Source of the DNA: Octopus vulgaris
Lineage: Eukaryota
Direction of reading: 5' to 3'
DNA: 64,000 nt
Assembly (NCBI GenBank): GCA_951406725.2
Contig: OX597839.1
Span: forward strand, 11,718,001-11,782,000
This document shows positions 13,239 to 25,641 of the stretch, in pieces (the stretch's first letter is position 1; each line of letters begins with the position of its first letter). Made by a program: the position numbers and the translations under genes. Under the pieces are notes generated by a model that saw nothing but the letters and a program-made list of their open reading frames with translations, was not told the DNA's origin and ran no database searches.

Positions 13239-14967
13239 CGCATCATCGTTTATTTATTTATTATTTTCGTTTGTGTAACTTTTACGGTTCGTTTATTTAT
13301 AAATATATGTTCTAGTTCTTATTATAGTTTATTATTTTCTTTTCTTTTAGTTCTTTTTTTGTTTTCTTTTTGTCTTCTAATCTTTTTTCACCCCTAAATT
13401 ATTCACTCCCAACTCACTCCAACCCCTCCCCGCGCTCCATTCAAATACTTGGTTTGTCCTTTTCATTAAACATGATGTTGGCTATTTCGCCATCAGATCT
13501 AACTCACTGAAGCGTGATGCAGACACAGTAAAGTGTTCACTCAACCGTTAACACTGCTACTCCTCTTAGTCCCTTTCTATCTCTCTCTCTACACTCTCTG
13601 CCTCCTCTCCCTCTCTCTACACTCTCTGCTCCTCTCCTTCTCTCTCTCTCTCCACTCTCTGCCCCTCTCCTTCTCTCTCTCTCCACTCTCTGTCCCTCTC
13701 CTTCTCTGTCCCTCTCCTTCTCTCTCTCCCTTTACACTCTGCCCCTCTCCTTCTCTCTCTGTTCTATTTCTGTCTTTTCTCCTCCTGTCTCTTTTCCCCC
13801 GCTATATTTCTTTATCCCTATCCCTTTCTTTCCTTCTCTCTCTCTCTCTCCCTCTCTCTCTCATTCTACCCTCTCTTTTTATGCCTCTCTCTCTCTCTCT
13901 GCTCAATCTCTTTCTCTCTTTTCCCGCCATCTCACTCCCTCTTTATCCAGTTACTTTTCTCTTTCTCGCTACGTTCTTCTCTCTCATTTTATTCACCCTC
14001 TCTATTCTCATATTCTCATCGTCTTACACATCAAAATAACAAAACCGGGATGTCGGTTTCAATCCCACTTCTCTCTGTCTTTTTTCTTTTCAGTCTCTCC
14101 TCTCTCTTTCTCAACGGAATTTCTTAACATGTTCTTTGTGTGTGGTTTGAAGGATAATTAGCTTCTATTTCTAGCAGCCTTGTTGACCAAATACAGCCTC
14201 TCGTATAGGGGGAAGAATCAATTAATTCCTCACTTCCTGATTTCTGTGGCTTCGCGTGAATGGAAGAAATCATCATCATCACTACTATCATCATCATCGC
14301 TACCATTAACACCACCAACAACAACAATACCACCACCACCACCACCACCAGCACTACCATCCCCACCACCACAATCATCGTCACCACCACCACCATTATC
14401 AACGCCAAACCATCATCCTCATCATCACTACTACGACCACCACCACCATCACAATCATCACTCACCACCTACATCATCATCAACAACATCACCTCCACCA
14501 CAACTACACTTATCATCATCATCATCATCACCTCCATCACAATCATCATAACCATCACCATCATCACCGTCAACATCAAAAAAGGTGACCGATAGCAATG
14601 TGTTGTAAAAAAAATTGTCAAGTTACTTATATCTTTTACTCTTTTACTTGTTTCAGTCATTTGACTGCGGCCATGCTGGAGTACCGCCTTTAGTCGAATC
14701 AAATCGACCCCATGACTTATTCTTTGTAAGTCTCTTTTGCCGGACCGCTAAGTTACTGGAACGTAAACACACCAGCATAGGTTGTCAAGCGATGTTGGGG
14801 AGGACAAACACAGACACAAACATACACACACATACATACATATACATACATACATATACACATACATACACATACATATACATATACATACATACATATA
14901 CATACACATACATATACATACATACATACATACATACATACACACACACACACTCATACATACATAT

Positions 14968-15005
<38 letters not shown>

Positions 15006-15006
<1 letters not shown>

Positions 15007-15471
15007 GAACAAACTTACTTAGAAAAGGATACGTGCGTTCTGTCGTGTAATAACAAATTAATAAATAAAACATATGCATATATACATACATATATGTACG
15101 TACCTACCTCTACATGTATATATACATGCATATATGGGTACAGGACACCAAAAAAACGTCGAACACAATGACAAACGAAAATATAAACGCAAAACCAAGG
15201 AACTGGACATTTTTCTTAAACAACGAAAAAATAGAGTACAAGATAAATAACACAAGGAAAATTCCCCTTCTTCAGTCGCCATGGTTTCATCTACTCCGCG
15301 TTTCGAAGGTGAAGGCGAGACGCGACTTCAACTGAAACATTCCTTCCCGAGAAAAGCAAATTAAATAAAATTTGAGATTTTTTCGCGGAGGGGTAAAAAT
15401 GGTAACAAAAACAGGACAGGAACGACAGTACAAAATATAAACAGTAAAAGACAGGACAAGGAGAATAACAG

Positions 15472-15474
<3 letters not shown>
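15006..15474 (-). mobile_element. Short non-autonomous element carrying a permuted hammerhead (Penelope/retrozyme-like)
   Basis: Flanked by (CA)n and (TA)n; homologous over most of its length to 57685-58020 (plus) and at its 3' end to 8921-9091. Confidence 0.75.
15264..15324 (-). ncRNA. Non-circularly permuted hammerhead ribozyme candidate, copy 1
   Basis: Minus: CGCG-TC-TCGCC ttcac CTTC-GAAA-CGCG gagtagatgaaaccat GGCGA-CTGAAGA-A-GGGG; all three stems pair, GUC site. Confidence 0.78.
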
Positions 15475-15527
<53 letters not shown>

Positions 15528-15950
15528 GTGAAATAAATGTCAGAAGTTATTCCTAAACAAATTAAAGTAGAGAAGGGGTTATAATGCCCTAGAAGCTGTT
15601 TACTGCTATTTGGCAAACAGATTTTGTATCAAGAAAACTAGGTCAATGCTAGATGGTCACAATGACCACCTATATACCAAAAAGTTATAGAGAATACAGA
15701 GATTCCTTTATACTTATATACATCAGCTATTTCTAGAAATAGAAAATCTCTGTTGTCTCCATTCAACTGAATATACTTCCCCACCTTCTAGCAGTTCAAA
15801 ATAACTAAAAGAATATTTTTCAGTCAGAAGATAAGCTCTACTACCTTAATGTTCTTAAAATTCAAATCGACATCTCTGTCTATATATATACCCTCTCTAT
15901 GATGTTATCAATTAATATGAAAATATGTATTAATGGATAACCTCTATAAA

Positions 15951-16034
15951 TGGCTGATGATTGCTCAACATTTTAAAACTGCTGTAATACTTACAATGTT
16001 TAATAAAATGATGTAGCGTGAAACGATCGTACCA
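15951..16034 (+). ncRNA. Type I hammerhead with extended stem II
   Basis: TGG CTGATGA TTGCTCAACATTTT...AAAATGATGTAGCGT GAAAC GATC GTA CCA; palindromic GATC loop, GUA site; inside a (TA)n-flanked unique block ~15525-16068. Confidence 0.72.
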
Positions 16035-16080
16035 AATTACCGAAGACATTCTTGTTGCTTATTTTGAGTATATATATATA

Positions 16081-16455
16081 CTCTTTTACTTGTTTCAGTC
16101 ATTTGACTGCGGCCATGCTGGAGCACCGCCTTTAGTCGAGCAACTCGACCCCAGGACTTATTCTTTGTAAGCCCAGTACTTATTCTATCGGGCTCTTTTG
16201 CCGAACCGCTAAGTGACGAGGACGTAAACACACCAGCATCGGTTGTCAAGCAATGCTAAGGGGACAAACACAGACACACAAACACACACACATAAATATA
16301 TATATATATACATATATACGACAGGCTTCTTTCAGTTTCCGTCTACCAAATCCACTCACAAGGCATTGGTCGGCCCGGGGCTATAGCAGAAGGCACTTGC
16401 CCAAGATGCCACGCAGTGGGACTGAACCCGGAACCATGTGGTTGGTTAGCAAGCT
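16081..16455 (-). mobile_element. SINE family A, near full length
   Basis: Head, internal (CA/TA)n and 3' tail ending GAAACAAGTAAAAGAG. Confidence 0.9.
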
Positions 16456-16934
16456 ACAATATTTGATATTTTATCTTTTACTTGTTTCAGTCATGGAAGG
16501 TTTTAGTTGAACAAGTCGGCCCCAGAACTTTTTTTAAAGCCTGGTCTGGTAAGTCAACCGATTGCCAAGTTATGCCTGATTTTAGAAGGAGACAAGTAAT
16601 TAGATAGATTTGCATCTATACTTATTATCAGATTTTGTTAGGGCCTCACATAGTAAAGATGTAGATGGGAAATATGTGGGTAGAGGGCGATGTGCTAGCA
16701 ACCCTCTCCCCTTACTGCTTTAAAAAGTAAACAACACAAATAACTACGCAGAGGCAGCCATGGTTGAAACCAGAACAAGAACAACAAGCTTTATTAGAAG
16801 AGAAATGAAGCATGGTCGTTCCTTACCCAAGTGACCTTATCTTATCGCCCATCATTTGTTATGCGCTCATAAATCAGTTTGGTAGTTGAGCTCTGATTGG
16901 ATGTATGCAAATGAGTTCATAACTGGGGTCCGGA

Positions 16935-17230
16935 ACTCTCGTGGTAAAAAAATTTCGCTTCCCGGCCACATGGTTCAGTCCCACTGTGTAGCACCTTGGG
17001 CAAGTGTCTTTCAATATAGCTTCGGGTAGACCAAAGTCCTGTGAGCGGATTTCGGAAACTGAAAGAAGCCCATCGTATGTGTATGTGTGTGTTTTTGTCC
17101 CCCACCACCCCTTGACAACTGGTATCGATGAGTTTACTTCCCTTCGGCAAAAGAAACTGGGGTTGACTAAAATTCGACCAGTATTCTTCAAGGCGGTGCT
17201 CCAGCATGACCGCAATCTAATGACTGCATA
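16935..17230 (+). mobile_element. SINE family A, diverged
   Basis: CCTTGGGCAAGTGTC, GGAAACTGAAAGAAGCCC, GGCGGTGCTCCAGCATG. Confidence 0.8.
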
Positions 17231-17341
17231 CAAGTACAACATAAAAGATACCACTTCTTACTAGTAGCAGTGTCTACTACTACTCCTACTACTACTACTT
17301 TAGTACTACTATAACTATGATAATAATAACAACAATAATAA

Positions 17342-17734
17342 TTTCAAATTTTGCCACTAGGACAGCAAATTTGGGGGAGGGGATGAATCGATGTAATCGA
17401 CTCCAGTGCGTAACTGGTACTTAATTCATCGACCCCGAAAGGATGAAAGGCAAAGTCGACCTCGGCGGTATTTGAACTCAGAACGTAGCAGCAGACAAAA
17501 TACCTATTTCTTTATTACCCACAAGGGGCTAAACACAGAGGGGACAAACAAGGACAGACATAGGTATTAAGTCGATTACATCGACCCCAGTGCGTAACTG
17601 GTACTTAATTTATCGACCCTGAAAGGATGAAAGGCAAAGTCGACCTCGGCGGAATTCGAACTCACAACGTAACGCAGACAAAATACCGCGAAGCATTTCG
17701 CCCGGCGTGCTAACATTTCTGCCAACTCACCGCC

Positions 17735-17736
<2 letters not shown>
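17342..17736 (-). mobile_element. Dimeric Nin-domain-like SINE D
   Basis: Two tandem ATCGACCCCGAAAGGATGAAAGGCAAAGTCGACCTCGG-type units. Confidence 0.85.
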
Positions 17737-17793
<57 letters not shown>

Positions 17794-18444
17794 CACAAGA
17801 GTGCTATTACTACTGCCATATCCATCACTACCCCTCCCACTCCTGTAGCGTAGCTCTGTCTCCTCCTATCTCAGCTTATTGTATGGATAACATCGAGAGA
17901 GGACTGCCCCAGCCTCAGGCTAGTCTGTTGCTGACCACACCCTTCCACTCCAGGTTTAAACAAAGATGATTAAACAACTGCATCGATTGCTCCCGGGGGT
18001 GCGGATGCAGTCCGTAGCTGGCTATGGATCATAAACATCACCTTTAATCAAGAGATGTGTACCGCACCTATACCATGAGGTCGGGTGTACAGTATTGAAA
18101 GCCACACCCAGTGGTTGAAATTAGAGGTGATGGAGGGAGTATAACGCCTCTGCCTTTCGGCATTAAGGGCCACTCCCAATATTCGTTACCCGTAATCAGA
18201 GGTGGAGACTCGAGCACCACATTTTCCTTCGGGTTTCGATATTGTGTATTCGAAGATTAAAAACCACGCCTTAAATTTCAAACTAGAAAATAACATGACG
18301 GGAGCCACTCCCTTTGCTTCTGGGTAGAAGTTTAGTTAAGAATGACATCTTTACCCCGGGTAGATAGAGGTAGAGGGCAGTCAAAAACCAATTATATAAC
18401 ATACTCAGGTATTTGAATTCAAATATGAAATAATTTCTTCAGCG

Positions 18445-18842
18445 CAGGCATTGCTTCCCAACCACAAGGTTCCGGGTTCAGTCCCACTGCGTGGAACTTA
18501 GAGCAAGTGTCTTCTACTGTAGCCTTGGGCCGACCAAAGACTTGTGAGTGGATTTGGTAGACGGAAACTGAAAGAAAGCTGTCGTACACAGACACAGACA
18601 CGGACACACACACACACACACACGTGTGTGTGTCTTTGCGTCTGTATTTGTCCCCCCACCCCCAACCGCTTGACAAGCAGTGTTGGTGCTTTTATGACCC
18701 CCGTAACTTAGCTGTTCAGCAAAAGAGATTGATAGAATAAGTACCAGGCTTAAAACAAAGTCGATTTATTCGATTAAAAAAAGAAAATTCTTGTAAGCGA
18801 TGCCCCAGCATGGTCGCAGTCGAGTAACGGAAACAAATAAAA
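18445..18842 (+). mobile_element. SINE family A
   Basis: Family consensus with internal (CA)n. Confidence 0.85.
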
Positions 18843-19071
18843 TACATATTTTATGTCAGGAACAGATGAAGATTAACGTTTTTTGTAACAGGTTTCCTAG
18901 GGAACCAAACACTGGTTCATTGTATTGATGACTGATAAGGGACTATCTACCACTCAGTGCAAAACAGCTATTACAAGGGACAACATTTAATTAACAGCGA
19001 TTTTTTGGTTTTCTTACTACAGGAGTGGGAGGGGTAGTGATGGTGATGGCAGTAGTAATAACACTCTTGTG

Positions 19072-19135
<64 letters not shown>

Positions 19136-19260
19136 AGGTGGTGAGCTGGCAGAATCGTTAGCACGCCGGGCGAAATGCTTCGCGGTATTTTGTCTGCCGT
19201 TACGTTCTGAGTTCAAATTCCGCCGAGGTCGACTTTGCCTTTCATCCTTTCGGGGTCGAT
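19136..19260 (+). mobile_element. Nin-domain-like SINE D, truncated by a mariner end
   Basis: GGTGAGCTGGCAGAATCGTTAGCACGCCGG head to GGGGTCGAT. Confidence 0.8.
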
Positions 19261-19262
19261 AC

Positions 19263-19528
19263 CACGAGGTGGTATCAAAGGTTCCCGGATTAGTTATGTT
19301 TAATAAAAAATTTTTAAAAACTTATTTGCCTAAATTTTAACATTATCTTTTTAACATCAGATGGCGGTGCCCCAGCATGGCCACAGCTCGTGAGCTGAAA
19401 CTAGATAAAATAAAATAAAAAAATCTCCGAAATAGTCACCTTGCGCAGCAATACACGAGTCTCAGTATTCCTACCACTTTAAGAATCCGACTTGGAGGTC
19501 GTTTTCCGTAAGTAAGTCAAGGACCGTC
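19263..19528 (-). mobile_element. Mariner 3' end fragment
   Basis: TIR-like ACGAGGTGGTATCAAAGGTTCCCGGATTAG; reverse-complement homology to 22345-22512. Confidence 0.65.
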
Positions 19529-20056
19529 CGTGGGCTTTGTATTCAGCCCGACGCTATAGTAGAAGACACTTGCCCAAGGTGCCATGTAATGGGGTCGAAC
19601 ACGGAACCATGTGGGTTGGAAGCAAGCTTCTTACCACAGAGCTACGCCTGCATCTATACACACGCGCGCGCATATATGATACGATAAAACGAAGGGTGTC
19701 TACATACCTTTGAGAAGTGCCTGTATGCATATATACATGTATATATGTATGTATATATGTATGTCTGTGCATATATATGCACACACACCCATCTACACAA
19801 TCTGTACGCATCCAACTGTGCATGTAAGCAGAAATATTCCTGCCTGCAGCTACACTAAAATGCAGTGCTCTATGCACCATTGCTTCAAGGTGCGTTGATA
19901 ATGGCATGTAAAACTGCAGACATGCAGCCAGAAACATGTTGTTAGAAAGTGGAAGTGTGTGTTTTTACTATTAGTGAGTATGTGTGTGTGTATGTATGTG
20001 TGTGTTTGTAAAGTGATTGAATATCAGGAAGAGATGTGTGCGCACACATACACACA

Positions 20057-20100
<44 letters not shown>

Positions 20101-20205
20101 GAGAGAGAGAGAGAGTGTGTGTGTGTGTGTGTGTGTATGAGAGAGAGAGAGAGAAATACAGATAGATACATACATACATACATAGAAAGGAAGATAGATG
20201 TGTAA

Positions 20206-20272
<67 letters not shown>

Positions 20273-20295
20273 CACGGATAGATAGACACAAACAA

Positions 20296-20326
<31 letters not shown>

Positions 20327-21008
20327 TAGCTAGATAAATAGATAGATAGATGGATAGATTAACACAAACAAAGATAGATAGACAGGTAGATAGATAGAAA
20401 GATAGATAGATAGGAGGTCGATGTTAAAGTGAGAGTGAAAGAGACAGTGTACCTAAATTAACCTCAAGTATTCAAGTGTATTATTGGAGCTGTCTATGAA
20501 GATTTCCTCCTCATTATCACATTCCACATCCAAACCCCCACCGAAAACCTCATCGAAGCCACCCCTCCACCTGTGCTCTACCTAAGCCCCACCTGAGCCC
20601 TCTACTGAAAACTCCCTCACCTCACCCTGACCATAACAAATTAACAATCGTCTCCCGTTGTCTCAAAACCAGTGAACCATGACAAGAATCTTCCATGCAA
20701 TTGGCAATTAGTTCGTCACTGGCCAAGTTTGGCAAGGGACAGACGTGTTAGCGATAGATTCAATTTCCTACGAGATTATCAATTCAGCCATGTTTGACTT
20801 GCTATACAACAACTTTAATTAGACGCTTGGGGCTAATTATTTTAAAAGATGGACAAATATTTTAATTCAATACATTGCGAATAATAGGAGAGAGATTAAG
20901 TTGATTTCTTATTGTGGTATTTATATTGTTGTTAGACGGGCGATTGTTCTCTCTCTCAGCTGAATCATGTAATTATTAATAAGGTTGACATGGTGTGTAG
21001 ATGTTGAC

Positions 21009-21064
<56 letters not shown>

Positions 21065-21104
21065 GAGAGGGAGTTTGACTGGATAGGTAAATAGATAGAT
21101 AGGT

Positions 21105-21255
21105 AGGCGCAGGAGTAGCTTGCTTACCAAACACATGGTTCCGGGTTCAGTCCCACTGCGTGGCACCTTGGGCAAGTGTCTTCTACTATAGCCGCGAGCC
21201 GACCAAAGCCTTGTGAGTGGTTTTGGTAGACGGAAACTGAAAGAATCCCGTCGTA

Positions 21256-21318
<63 letters not shown>

Positions 21319-21415
21319 ATATGTTTGTGTGTCTGTGTTTGTCCCCCCAACATCGCTTGACAACCGATACTGGTGTATTTACGTCCCCGTAACTTAGCGG
21401 TTCGACAAAAGAGTA
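21105..21415 (+). mobile_element. SINE family A
   Basis: Family consensus with internal (TA)n. Confidence 0.88.
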
Positions 21416-21546
21416 CTAGGTGTCTCGGCACCCTTAGTCACATTTAGTGACGACTGACTTTTTCCTTTATGGTATTATATTGCGCCTAAGTGTGACTAAG
21501 GGTGCCGAGACACCGACATTGCTAGAAATAGGAGTGAAATACTCCT

Positions 21547-21592
<46 letters not shown>

Positions 21593-21759
21593 TCCCGCTA
21601 CCATCGCTTCACGGCCGCTATGCTAGAAATAGCCGCTAAATCGCCTTCAATTCTTTAAAATAGACTACATTAGATTATATACATAATCCTTCAACATCTA
21701 GGGCTAAATAGCAGTAGTATTATTCCCTTCATGGGATTGACACATTAAGTTGACAGCAT

Positions 21760-21797
<38 letters not shown>

Positions 21798-21799
21798 AC

Positions 21800-22091
21800 A
21801 TGATCACGTGACCGACCAGGCCATTAGATGTTGCTACACATCGCTGGTCACAATGCGCTTCGCATTGTTTTGGCCTTCAATGACGCCACCTCGCTGGCTA
21901 AGCGAGCAGGCCAACAGAAGAAAGAGAGAAAGTTGTGGTGAAAGAGTATAGCAGGGATCACCACCAACCCCCTGCCGGAGCTTCGTGGAGATGTAGATGT
22001 TTTCGCTCAATAAACACTCACAACGCCGGTTGAAACCGCAATCCTACGTCCGCGAGTCCGCTGCCCTAACCACTGGGCCATTGCGTCTCCA
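21800..22091 (-). mobile_element. tRNA(Arg)-like SINE family C
   Basis: Head related to family B; 3' end GGTCGGTCACGTGATCA; copies at 30518 and 54251. Confidence 0.85.
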
Positions 22092-22139
22092 CACACACAC
22101 ATATATATATATTTCGCTTAGACATAGTGATACTAATAA

Positions 22140-22512
22140 CCTGGTGTTAGAACTCAAAAAGTTCCACGACTAGTTCTGTAGCGCGCCAACAGATGGCAGC
22201 AAGGTTGCCTGCGCAGTAAAAGCTATCAGTGACCTTCATGAGGCAATGTGCCGAGTGTCATCGCTGTATTTGCGTCCCCAAGATGAAAAATGCAGCCGGA
22301 AGGTCGCCGTTTTAACAGCGTTGTCGAGATCAAGAGCGAAGCGCAGAAGATCCTTGACTCGCTTACGGAAAACGACTTCCAGGCCGGATTCCTTAAGAGG
22401 CAGAAACGCTGGGACCGAGGTATTGCTGCGCAAGGTGACTATTAAAACCTTAGACAGATAAGTTATCTTTTATTAAGCATGTCTAATCCGGGAACATTTT
22501 GATACCAATTCA
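22140..22512 (+). mobile_element. Mariner-derived internally deleted element
   Basis: Degenerate TIRs (CAAAAAGTTCCACGACTAG / CTAATCCGGGAACATTTTGATACC); encodes LTENDFQAGFLKRQKRWDRGIAAQGDY, like a mariner transposase C-terminus. Confidence 0.7.
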
Positions 22513-22543
22513 TATATATACTTCAGAGAAAAACGTTAGCGTA

Positions 22544-22783
22544 ATAAGAGAGTATATAAATGACAATACAACTAGAAACTACGTAAGGAACTCTATGAAC
22601 TTGACAGCCGTTTCTGTTATAGAATGCAATGCACTCATAACGCGACAATGAGTGCCTTGCATCATACAGCAGGAACAGCTGTAAGCTAATAGAGTTAATA
22701 GAATGTCTTATTCCCTTGCTATTTATATAATGTCTCTCTCTCTCTCTCTCACACGTATACACGCACACATGCACATTCACGTA

Positions 22784-22823
<40 letters not shown>

Positions 22824-23173
22824 ATTATTTGGTAAGCAGTGCCGAATTTTACAATCTGTAAATAACAATAATAAAGCTTATAAGCGATCACCGTGCATTG
22901 ACTAAGGTAGATAGTCTAATATTGGGGCATATAAGATCTCGACGGAAAAAAAGTAGGGTATGCCGTACGGTGTATGTTCGAGTCCTATGCGTACGGCAAA
23001 CCCTACTTTTATCCGTCGAGGGCTTAGATGTCCCAATACAAGACTATCTACCTTAGTCAATGCACGGTGATCGCTTATAAGCTTTATTATTATTACTATT
23101 ATTTACAGATTGTAAAATTCGGCACTCCTTACCGAATAATCGCATATATATATATATATTATTTTTATATTAT

Positions 23174-23219
<46 letters not shown>

Positions 23220-23382
23220 GCACTCATTGTCGCGTACCTGTGTATCACCTTATAGCTTTGTCGGGGCTTTAAGCACTCAACTATGAGTGCATTGCATTGC
23301 GTTCTATAACAGAAACAGCTGTTAAGTTCATGGAGTTCATTACGTAGTTTCCAGTTGCATTGCCATTTATATACTCTCTTAT
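22544..23382. repeat. ~840-bp fold-back element with microsatellites inside the arms
   Basis: ATAAGAGAGTATATAAATG...CATTTATATACTCTCTTAT ends; inner arms ~22820-22969 and ~22990-23145 nearly perfect; ~20-nt loop. Confidence 0.88.
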
Positions 23383-24424
23383 ATAGGCGCAACAAATACC
23401 ATAAAGGAAAAAGTCAATCGTCACCAAATGTGAGTAAGGATGCCGAGACACCGACATTGCTAGAAATAGGGGTGAAATACTCCTGGTGTGTGCGTGTGTG
23501 TGTGTGTGTGTGTGTCCGCCACCATCGCTTCACGATTGCTATGCTAGAAATAGCCGCTAAATCGCCTTCAATTCTTTAAAATAGACTACATTACATTATG
23601 AAGGCTTCAAAACTAAAATTTGTGTCTAGAAAAAAAATAAAGAAGAAAGAAAAAGAGAAGATATGGTCGCAGCTGGATCTTCATCGTCTTTGCTTATAGA
23701 TCTTCTCAATCAGGATCTGACCTGGGGCTAAATAACAACAACAACAATCATAATACCAAATTCCTCCACCTTCTCTCCGCCTTCCCCTCTTCAGTTCCCT
23801 CCCACCAAAATGTATTTCATTTTCATTTCCAGCAAATGGCATTTCTCTCCCCGCTTTCTCTCTCTCCTCCCCCTCTCTCACTTTCTCCCTCTTCCCTCTC
23901 ACTTACACTTTCTTTTTCGCCTTACCTTCCTCTTCTCTCTCCCTCACTTTCTCTTTCCCTCATCTTTCTCTTTCTTGTCACTCACACTTTCTCTCTCTCT
24001 CTCTTCCCATTTATCTACTTATCTTCCTCTTATCTCTCTCACTAGCTTTCCCCTATCTGTCTCTCCATCTTCCCCCTCCCTCCCTCTTCACTCTTTCTTC
24101 CTCCCTTCCCCCTCTTCCTCTCCCCCTCTCTCTAATTGCTGCCAATTTCTCAACTTTTCTCTTTATTTTCCCATTATTTCTTTGTCATATTTTCTTTAGA
24201 AAAAATATCAAAAACTCAGACACACAAAAAATTAAAAAATGAAAAAAAAAACCCAGCCCCAATCCAACCAGCCTGTGCTCGAAACCGTCATCGCTGTACC
24301 CGCAAGCACTTTTGGTTGGCACATGGCAGTTACCGCCGCTTCTCTAATTAATACCCGATTCTACTTAGAAACCTTGACAACTCCACCCACACCACAACCG
24401 CCCCAACACGCCCCCTTCATTTCT

Positions 24425-24950
24425 GGTGATGATGATGATGATGATGATCATAAAAATGAAGATGATGAGGATGGTACAGCGAACAAACAGCACCCATCTG
24501 TCTTCGACATTTAATTTTCCCCCAACCACTCACCCACCCGCACACCACTGTGCCATTGCCCAACCCACCACCACACCACAACCGCCCCAACACGCCCCCT
24601 TCATTTCTTCTCACTCATCCCCTCTCCTCAAGAACAGCAACAACGATGTGAACGAAAAGATGATGATGTTGATGATGATGATGGTGGTGGTGATGATGAT
24701 GATGGTGATGATGATATTGATGATGAAAATGATGATAATAATAATGATGATTGTTGATGACGATGGTGATCGTGGTGATGGTGATGTTGTTGTTGGTGGT
24801 GATGGTGATGATGATGATGATGATGATCATAAAAATGAAGATGATGAGGATGGTACAGCGAACAAACAGCACCCATCTGTCTTCGACATTTAATTTTCCC
24901 CCAACCACTCACCCACCCGCACACCACTGTGCCATTGCCCAACCCACCAC
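24425..24950 (+). repeat. Essentially identical ~147-bp direct duplication (24425-24571 and 24804-24950) plus a ~38-bp duplication
   Basis: CATAAAAATGAAGATGATGAGGATGGTACAGCGAAC...GCCCAACCCACCAC occurs twice. Confidence 0.9.
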
Positions 24951-25204
24951 CACCACCACTACCATTCCTACCACGACCACCGCTAACTTCTCAACGTCAT
25001 GCCATCCCAAGCCTGGAGAAGTCTTTAAGCAAAAAAAAAAAAAAAAAAAAAGACAGCCTAAATTACATCGCAAACAAAATGAACGCCAGAAAAGAAACAC
25101 TGGAGGCTTCAAGCAAATCATTGCACAATTGCAGAGAACTGTTAAATCGTTCAGACACTTGGAACGGCTAATTGAAATATGAATAGATACTGCTATATCG
25201 CACC

Positions 25205-25641
25205 TATCTATCTGTCTATCAATCTATCTATCTATCTATCTATCTAACTATCTATGTATCTTTCTATCTATCTATATTTATCTACCTATCTATCTATCTC
25301 TACCTACCCGTGTATCTATCTATCTCTACCTACCTATATATCTATGTCTACCTACCTATCTATTCTATGTCTACCTACCCACCCACCTATCTATCTATCT
25401 ATCTATCTATCTATCTCTACCTACCCATTTATCTAGCTATCTACCTACCTACCTACCTACCTATTTACCTACCTATCTACCTACCTACCTATCTATCTAT
25501 CTCTCTATTTTCTATCTATCTATCTCTCTACCTACCTACCTACCTACCTACCTATCTACCTACCTACCTACCTACCTATCTATCTATCTATCTATCATCT
25601 ATCTATCTATCTATCTATCTATCTATTTATCTATCTATCTA
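25205..25641. repeat. (ATCT)n/(ACCT)n compound microsatellite
   Basis: Directly visible. Confidence 0.95.

Noticed and set aside
14180-14595. Pro/Ser/His-rich ORFs
   Set aside because: They come from (CAC/CAT)n trinucleotide low-complexity sequence, with no splice or domain evidence.
17880-18380. Possible LINE 5' UTR or host exon
   Set aside because: No recognisable ORF or second copy in the window; it cannot be assigned without a database search.
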